A DNA stretch of 64,000 nucleotides from Nymphaea colorata (lineage: Eukaryota): positions 248,001-312,000 of the forward strand of contig NC_045138.2 of the NCBI RefSeq assembly GCF_008831285.2. The letters are read 5' to 3'. The position numbers and the translations under genes were made by a program. The notes under the pieces are model-generated. The model was given only the letters and a program-made list of their open reading frames with translations. It made no database searches and was not told the DNA's origin. Shown in pieces: positions 55,825-64,000 of this stretch (position 1 is its first letter; each line of letters starts with the position of its first letter).

Positions 55825-58206
55825 AATGTTTTAGTGTTTAAAATTGATGACGATCTGAAACTATTTTTTTTGGTTAAATATGTATCTTTTTTCATTTTGT
55901 CGGCTATTTTCTTTCTCTCCCTTGTTTGATTTAGGTCTTGTAAATATTTTATGTTATGTTTTTTATCTCCAAAAGTAAAGATCCCATGTATGGAAGTGCA
56001 AATTAAAATTAACATTCAATGAAGGTAACTCCCATGACACTAAAGTGTACACGTCACATGCCCCTCACAACCAAGGCTGCCATGTTATATATATATATAT
56101 ATATATTAAAATGATCGACAATGTTCCGGCTATTCAGATTCCGAATTCTTTTGGATTTGTATCAACGAGTCAGGACTGTCCAAGAAGTGTTTGTTTCACA
56201 AATTAGATAAATGAAGGCTAAAGAAGTAGATCAAAAAAAAAAACTGAAAAAAATACCAATTATGTGAATATTGGTACATAAACGACACCATATATGAATG
56301 ATGCAAGCGTGCTTTTTGGTCAAATAGAAGGCAATGTACTTTGGCCTGAATCGGTACAGATACTAAAATTACCTTTTTCCTTTAAGAACATTTTAAAAAA
56401 CAATTTTGAATGTTATTTTGTTTTATATACATCAATGGACGCATGCAGGCTCCGATTATATTTTTGTTTTTCATCTTTCGGCCATTAATATGCATCAAAT
56501 GACATGCACAAGTTTAAAACACATACACGCAATCTCAAAAATGGGTTTATATTCTTAACTCTTGAGAAGATGCACTAGCTGTATACATTCCTTCACTATC
56601 ATTTATAGCTCATGCACTTTTTAGTTTGTGGGGATATATGGAAGTATTAAAATTTTCAATGTGTAAGGTTCTAAGAAATCACACCAACTATGTCCATTTC
56701 AAGCTTTTTGGCATCACTTGTTTTACAAGGAAGCAGGCCCTGCCTGCTCGGCCATTCTTGAATTATAGACTCATTCTTGAAGGGACTAAAAGTTTTTCTT
56801 CTCTCTTTAGGGCACATGCCATGATGATTTTAATACACTAATTCCAAAATTTTAATTCTTGTTTCATCAAACACATAATTTTCAATTCTAAAATCAAAAT
56901 TTCAGACTATCAAACACGTAGGAAAACCAAAATTCAAGGTCGTCAAATGCCCCCATTAAGGTTAGTCCTCTAAGGCTTTCCAAGAAGTGTTTATGGCATC
57001 ATTGAAGGAGGTTCCACCAAATGGGGTAGTTGGCCAAGTAGTTCCCTCTAAGCAGGCCAAATAATTAAAAAATTGGCTTCTTTCAAGCACACTTCACAAG
57101 GTTTCACACTAGGAGATAGTTTGATGGCCATGGAATGTGCTTAACAAAACACACACATTCCATTTAAATGATTTTCAAATCATGTGCTGCCCACGCGGAT
57201 CAGATTTCGATCAGATATATTCTTAATCATATCCACTTTTTCAAATATTCGCATATTTAAATTCAAATACAAATTTAAAAAAATCATATCTCAGTCTGAA
57301 ATTCAAGTTTACAATCCAAATTTGATCCAAATCCGGTTTTTATATTTATATTCAAATCCGAATCAGAATTTTCATCCAAATTTTATCAATTTTTAGCATT
57401 AGACAAGATATCTGTCAAAAAATAAATCTGATCGAATATTTATATATATCCAAATTCAAATATGAACGGATGACATTTCTTAAATCCGAATTCAATCTTC
57501 TGATATTTTTTTACATTGAATTTTTTCAAATCGATTTGGTTGAACATTTGATTCAGATCGGATATATTGACAACCCACTGCCGGACATGGTGTTCTGGGT
57601 GAATGGCTGGACAGGAGTATAAATTACTCCCTTGTTCGTCTCCTGCCCTGCAGTGAACTCTACTTGAGCCCTCTTCTCTGTCTCTCCTTATCCTCCGCCT
57701 CTAATTCTCTCGTCCTTTTCTCTTGTTCGCTCTATCTTGCGCCCTTGCCTATGTCTCTCTGTTGCTCATTGTCACCCTCCATTCCAGCTACCGCTCTTCA
57801 AGCAGAAGTTTCATCCATCTCTATCGTCACCAGGGGCGGTGCCAGGATTTTCCTTAAGGGCGGGCAGACAGTCCAACCTCTTGATCTGGATATGGCCAAA
57901 TTGAATTCAATTCTAAAAAATACATTGCGCGCACTTAAAAAAATTATAATTTTTAATGTAAATTTTTTTTTTTCATTCGCCAGGGTGGGGCCATGGCCTT
58001 TTCCAGGTGAACAATTTAATATTTATCGGATTACAAGGAACGCTAATATCAAGTCTAGGTAGGTCGCTAATGGGATCTGGATTTTGTCACCAGATCCAAT
58101 TACTTAGGATCAAATTAAGTTGCATGTGAACCATTGATATCCCAAATCTTGAAATCTTGGCGGTTCAAGATCAAGCTTTGGATCTCCACACTGGCCTTAA
58201 GATTGT

Positions 58207-58212
<6 letters not shown>

Positions 58213-58298
<86 letters not shown>
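58213..58298. repeat. (TA)n microsatellite
   Basis: About 43 perfect TA units inside the triplicated 330-bp block. Confidence 0.95.
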
Positions 58299-58301
<3 letters not shown>

Positions 58302-60237
58302 ATTACATTACAAACTTTGTAATTGATACATCTCCAACATGTAGATCTGAAGTCAGAACTCAGGCTCGTGCCCCCAAAAGCATTGCTTTTAATGGGAGAT
58401 CCACTTATTTAGAGGGTGCTTAGTAACAGGAATGCTATTGAAACCCACTGTTCCATGGATCCTTTCTTTTTGTTTGTTTTTACAACACATTAATTTGGGG
58501 AACACTATGTTCCAAAGAACGAAGCAATCCTATTACCAAACACGAAGTGTTTATCAACATAAAAGGATTTGCTCAACAATCACTTTTGCTCAACGTATAA
58601 AAAGATTTCCTATAACCACATAAAATTTTGTAAGATAATATCGGGTCTAACTAATTAACTCGGATCCGAATCAGTTTGTTCATTGCCCCATGTGACTTTT
58701 TCCAATGCGTCACCTCTTTGGACGTGGGTCCCATCTCTATGGAAGTCAATGAGGCCGTTCTTTTACATCCAACCGCTTTTCTCTCCCTCCCTTTCGCCGT
58801 TACTCACGGATTCCATATACTCCAAGTTTTGCCCGTCAAACTATTGGCATATTGCATTTTTGCCACTTTTTCTCTGATTAATTTTTTTAGTCTACCCAAA
58901 AACTTTTTAATGTACTTTACGGTTGACTGACGAAAATGCTTCTGCAAGTAAATTAATGGCAGTACAAGAAAAACTCAGGGAAGATAATTTTAATAATGCA
59001 TAAATTATATATTTAATAATATATAACCATTAACTTGTCCAACAACATTTAAAAAAAAAAACACATACTAGTATAGTTGACTTTTAAATGCTACCAAAGC
59101 AACCTAAAATTTGTTTAATTAATTTATTTGTTTAAAGAAAAGAAAATAGCTTCCTTATATATTATATTTTACAATATGTTCTTTGTCCAAATGAGTACGC
59201 GAGAAGTTCCCTATATATATTCATTCCTGTGAGTTGTTGAAATTTCTTATAAAGGAAAAAAGAAAATATCATTTCTTGGTTCACGTGAGTTGTTCAAATC
59301 CAAATATGTGAACATCCCATGAATTAAATAGGGTAAGAATACATCCAGATCAAATTTAATTGTTGGTATACCAAAATTTGACTCGACCAATTATTTTCTA
59401 AATCTATCCGTTTGGAGCCCTAATTATAATGGGCAGTGGTGATATCATTTTTATAAACATGAGCTTTTGACACAATCCGAACGCTATGTGCAGTCAGTCA
59501 TTAATTGCTTCGGACTCTCATTAAAGCCAAGTCCAAAGAGCATTATGTTTCAATTGATTTAGAAAACGTAATCACCAAGCATAATTGATGTAATTATATA
59601 CGTCTTCATTAATCCATGCATTTGAGAGGTTACAGTTCGGACGCGTGCACCCGTCCTGACCACACCTTGAATAAATAAGAGATGGGTATAGGGGTGAAGC
59701 TAGAAACTTATGATTAAGGGTCATTAATATTAAATTTTAAATTTTTGACAAAAATAAAAACTAATTAATGAAAAACAAACTGCCTAAGATGTCAACATAC
59801 AAATGACTTTTTCTTTTTGCCGACACGTTCCTTCCGCTTTCTCATGGGTACCATGAAATTAATTTCATAAATAAGTGGTTGTTAATTTAATGAATCCGTC
59901 TCAATCATGAATATGATATAAATAAAAGAAATTCATAAAATATAACAAACTATTTATCTTTGTCAAGCGACCCCGTTAACCATTGTATCAAATAAATTTG
60001 ATTTTTTTCAGATAAGGCAAAGTATAGTGGCAGATCCGCTGCATGACAAAGGTGTAATTTTTTAAAAACATAGGGGTGGTTAACAACCTTGAGTCAAAAA
60101 TAGCAAGTTTCGCAATTTTAACAAAAAGAAAATTCATTTCTCTCTCTCTCTCTCTCTCTCTCTAACACGTTGAAAACTTGAAAGGAAAACATCTGAACCG
60201 AAAATTCACTGCCCTCTCTCCCTCTCTAGGCACGGAC

Positions 60238-60990
60238 ATGGAGAAGCCGTTGTTCTATGGCGGTCTGAGGAGCCAGAGATCATCATGGGCGGTGCCTCTT
60301 CTGGTTCTAACTTTCCTGGCGGTTTTGTGGACGCACATGAAGGGGATATCCCGTTCCCGACGTGGGAATCCGGCGGTTTGCCGGATGGTGGCCGGGAGAG
60401 GACGTGCGCCGGATTCTTCGACCGGAGTTGGGGAGAAGGAAGGCAGGGGAGAAGGATCGAGGTGGTGTCCGTATCCGATTTCGGAGGGGTGGGAGATGGA
60501 AAGACGTCGAACACGGAGGCGTTTCGGAAGGCCATCGAGTACCTGAGGCCGTTCGGAGAGAAGGGCGGGTCGCAGTTGAACGTCCCGAGAGGGAGGTGGC
60601 TCACCGGATCTTTCAATCTCACCAGCAACTTCACTCTCTTTTTGGAGGAGGGTGCAACCATCTTGGGCTCTCAGGTAGATATAGATAGCTATAATCAGAG
60701 AGAGGGAGAGAGAGATTTCCTCTTCTCTGTTGACTATTTTGCTTTGATTTGCATTCTTGTTGTGTTGGTTTCTTGGTGTTGATGAATTCGTATTTTTGTT
60801 TCTCTATGGCGAGAGATTGAATTCGATCCTTATCTCTCTCTTTCTCTTTCTCAAATTTACTCGTTTTCAGGTTTTGCTGAGTATACGCGCCTCTAGATCA
60901 TTTAATTTATTTAAAGTCTTGTTAATCGGTTATAGTCTATATTTCAGAAAGTTATCTCATTTTTCTCTATCATCTTTGGACTTTTCGACC

Positions 60991-61040
<50 letters not shown>

Positions 61041-63759
61041 TGTCTTGCTCATCGTTTGCATGTTGACATATTGATGGTGTGAACAGAGATCGGGTGTCTC
61101 ACTTCTTCTTCTTCTTCTTCTGTATCATTGGCTTCACGGTAAAAGTATACGCCGCAGCTAGTTAAAATCTAGAAGGCAGAGGTTAACAACTACCAATGGT
61201 TCCATTGCTCATCGGAATCGTTGTTAACCATTTTTTATGTTGCTGGTGGAACAGGAAGTGGGGGAATGGCCGATCGTGAAGCCGCTGCCTTCGTATGGGC
61301 GCGGCAGAGAGAGGTTGGGAGGAAGGCACATCAGCCTCATTCATGGTGCTAGTCTTATAAATGTAGTTATCACTGGTACCACTCTCTCTCTCTCCCTCCT
61401 CCTCTCTCTCGATTTATGCATGAAAGCCAGGTTGGGATATTGCGAACCAGTTCTGTTCTAGCCTAATTTGATAGCTTGAACGTGATCACAAGATTGAAAA
61501 CGTATAATCAACTCTTTTATTTGTATATTTTGGTTAAAAAGAGAAACACTTTCTTGAGCTCAATCTTTATTCTCCATTACTAATGGAGAACAAGCTTTGA
61601 AATGGTCTCAGCCATTGATAGCTCTGTTACATTGGCTAGTTTTTGTGAAAACATTGATATTGATTTCTTGAGAACCCATAAGACTCGAACTTTTTGTGAA
61701 AACATTGATATTGATTTATTGAGAACCCATAAGACTCGAACATGGTTCACAAATCCACTCAAAAGATTTCCAGGGACCTTTGCAGTTTTCCTAAACTCAG
61801 TCTGCTAATAAACGAACACTTTAATAAAAAAAACTCTGAGCTTATATAAATTTGTAATGCGTAGAAATATGCATATATCTGGCAGGTTGGAAGAATCTTG
61901 GTTTGCTTACCAACAAAAACTTGGGAGCCATTTTTTTTCTCTTCCCCTTTGAAAGAGACTTCTGTTTGAAACTTCTCTGTGGCCCAAACCAAAGCGTGGA
62001 AAGTTTGCCTCTAACATATGGTTGCTTCTTTAGTACTCCATGCGTTTCAGTTGGGGACCCATACAGAGGTTGGAAGATGTCGCTTCAAAGTAATTAGCGC
62101 TTGATTTTTTGCGCCTAGAGGTGTTGTGGATATATATATATATATATATATATATTTCTGACTGCGTGATTGCAGGGGAGAATGGAACAATTGATGGTCA
62201 GGGATTAATGTGGTGGGACCTGTGGTACAACAGGACGTTGGAGCACACAAGGGGACACCTCATAGAGTTCATCAACTCTCACAACATACTCATCTCCAAC
62301 ATTACTCTTCTCAACTCTCCATTTTGGACTGTCCACCCTGTTTATTGCAGGTATACCTCTCTCTCTCTCTCTCTCTCTCTTTATATATATATATATGTCT
62401 GTTTTTATTGCAGGTATACCTTTCTCTCTCTCATAGGGTTTCTGTTTTTTGCAGCAATGTGGTTGTCAAAGGTGTAACTATTCTGGCTCCACTTCACTCC
62501 CCAAACACAGATGGTATAGACCCAGGTGTGATACATGGCATTCTTTGTTTTCTCCCTTTTTTTTAGCAAATGTTGCAGCTCGAATCAGCCTTGAATTGGA
62601 ACCGGTGACAACCTGATTCGATTATGTGGTCACTTAGAGAGTGCCACCTGCCACTCTTTTTAACTATTTTTCAAAATATTTAGCACTTTCTTAGTTTTTG
62701 AAACAATTTTCTTTTCTTTTTTTTTTTACAAATTGAATTTTATGTTCTCGACCGATTCGCAACAGATGCAGTTGAATCAGCAAATCAGCAATCCTACTCG
62801 GAATTTGAATCCGATCGGTAATCAGATCTAAATTGGATCACTAATTGGTTATGTCCATTAATCCATTAATGACAAAGCCTCTTGGACATTCGAATGGATC
62901 CACATTGACCCAGCTCAATCCAAACCTAGGTTCTCGGACATGTGAAATTCATATCTAAGCGCTAAAGTGTGGGTGACTCCAGCGCGGGTGTAGGTCTAAC
63001 ATCTGACTATTTGCTCTTTTTCGTTGAACCATTGTTATTTTTTAAACGTACATTTCACTGACACCTTTTATTGTTCATTTTTATGTCAAAGATTCAAGCA
63101 CTCATGTGTGCATAGAAGACTGTTACATTGAGAGTGGAGATGACCTGGTGGCTGTGAAGAGTGGCTGGGACCAGTATGGCATGGCCATGGCCCGGCCGAG
63201 CACCGACATTGTGGTCCGGCGGGTATCCGGCACAACGCCGACATGCTCCGGTGTTGGTATAGGAAGTGAAATGTCAGGCGGCATCTCGCAAGTGCAGGTA
63301 GAGGATATGCATGTCTGGAATTCAGCGGCCGGCATCCGGCTGAAGACTGACAAGGGTAGGGGAGGATACATTGCAAATGTGACCTTCACAAACATAACAA
63401 TGGAGAATGTGAAGGTGCCCATAAGGTTCAGCAGTGGCTCTAATGACCACCCAGATGAGGGGTGGGACCCCAAGGCACTGCCTACAGTGAGAGGGATTGT
63501 GATAAAGAATGTTAAGGGCTCTGGTGTGGGGAGGGCGCCACTCCTGGAGGGGCTTGAGGGGGCCATCTTTGAAGATATATGCATAGCTAATGTCAGTCTC
63601 CAAGGCATGGCACCAGGCAAGATGTCATGGCAATGTGATTTTGTTACTGGCTGGTCCAGTGATGTTCTACCAGCGCCATGCCCAAAACTTCAATCAAACA
63701 GCTCTTTACCCTGGTGCACGCGTATCGTTCAAGGAGCGACAGATCTCTGGGATACGTGA
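60238..63759 (+). CDS. Polygalacturonase-like glycoside hydrolase family 28, ~490 aa, 5 exons, with one -1 frameshift in exon 1
   Basis: Exons 60238-60674, 61255-61375, 62176-62350, 62455-62525 and 63092-63759 total 1472 nt, one base short of frame. N-terminal signal anchor WAVPLLVLTFLAVLW; DFGGVGDG, WLTGSFNLTS, SPNTDG, GDD, GSEMSGG and GIRLKT motifs. Confidence 0.92.
61640..61741. repeat. 51-bp tandem duplication in polygalacturonase intron 2
   Basis: Two copies of TTTTTGTGAAAACATTGATATTGATTT.TTGAGAACCCATAAGACTCGAAC. Confidence 0.9.
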
Positions 63760-64000
63760 AACATCAACGATGAGATTTTTACGTTGTCATTTGAATGTTT
63801 ATCACTCAATCGACTAACAGCAATGCACAGGCCATAAAGCAGAGTAGAGAGGTTCACACCTTTCAAGATTCTGAGGCTCTCACGGCTACCAATTTGCAGA
63901 CACTGAAGTTCTTTTTGAGTCATTTCTCTGGGAATTCACAGATATGCATTCATCAGCAATGGGTTCAGTCGTCGGATGATGAAAAAAGAACTCAAGTGCT

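Noticed and set aside
63123..63620. 165-aa antisense ORF over the last polygalacturonase exon
   Set aside because: Shadow of the sense CDS.

Overview
Flowering-plant nuclear DNA: AT-rich, with spliceosomal introns and many MITEs and (TA)n/(GA)n microsatellites. The species cannot be determined from the sequence alone. Genes supported by the sequence: a 6-exon RabC/Rab18 small GTPase (+, 4508-8222); a 4-exon YUCCA flavin monooxygenase (+, 13384-17912) with a tandem array of RY-motif repeats upstream; an intronless multi-pass membrane protein of unknown function (-, 21108-22109); two tandem CC-NB-ARC-LRR immune receptor genes (39846-43106, multiply disabled; 52508-55824, intact except for one missing base); and a 5-exon GH28 polygalacturonase (+, 60238-63759, also one base short). 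The right half of the window is a ~13.5 kb tandem duplication of the unit [LINE relic - NLR - polygalacturonase promoter and first codons], which leaves an orphan polygalacturonase promoter at 44.5-46.6 kb. The 25.4-31.8 kb interval has exon/intron-like structure but no long ORF and contains an isolated 2-exon fragment of D-3-phosphoglycerate dehydrogenase. Both single-base frameshifts can be repaired in the same AAGGGGAT context, which most likely reflects an assembly error. I found no clearly novel multi-gene system. The best leads are the RY array, the duplication with its orphan promoter, and the chimeric exon-like locus.
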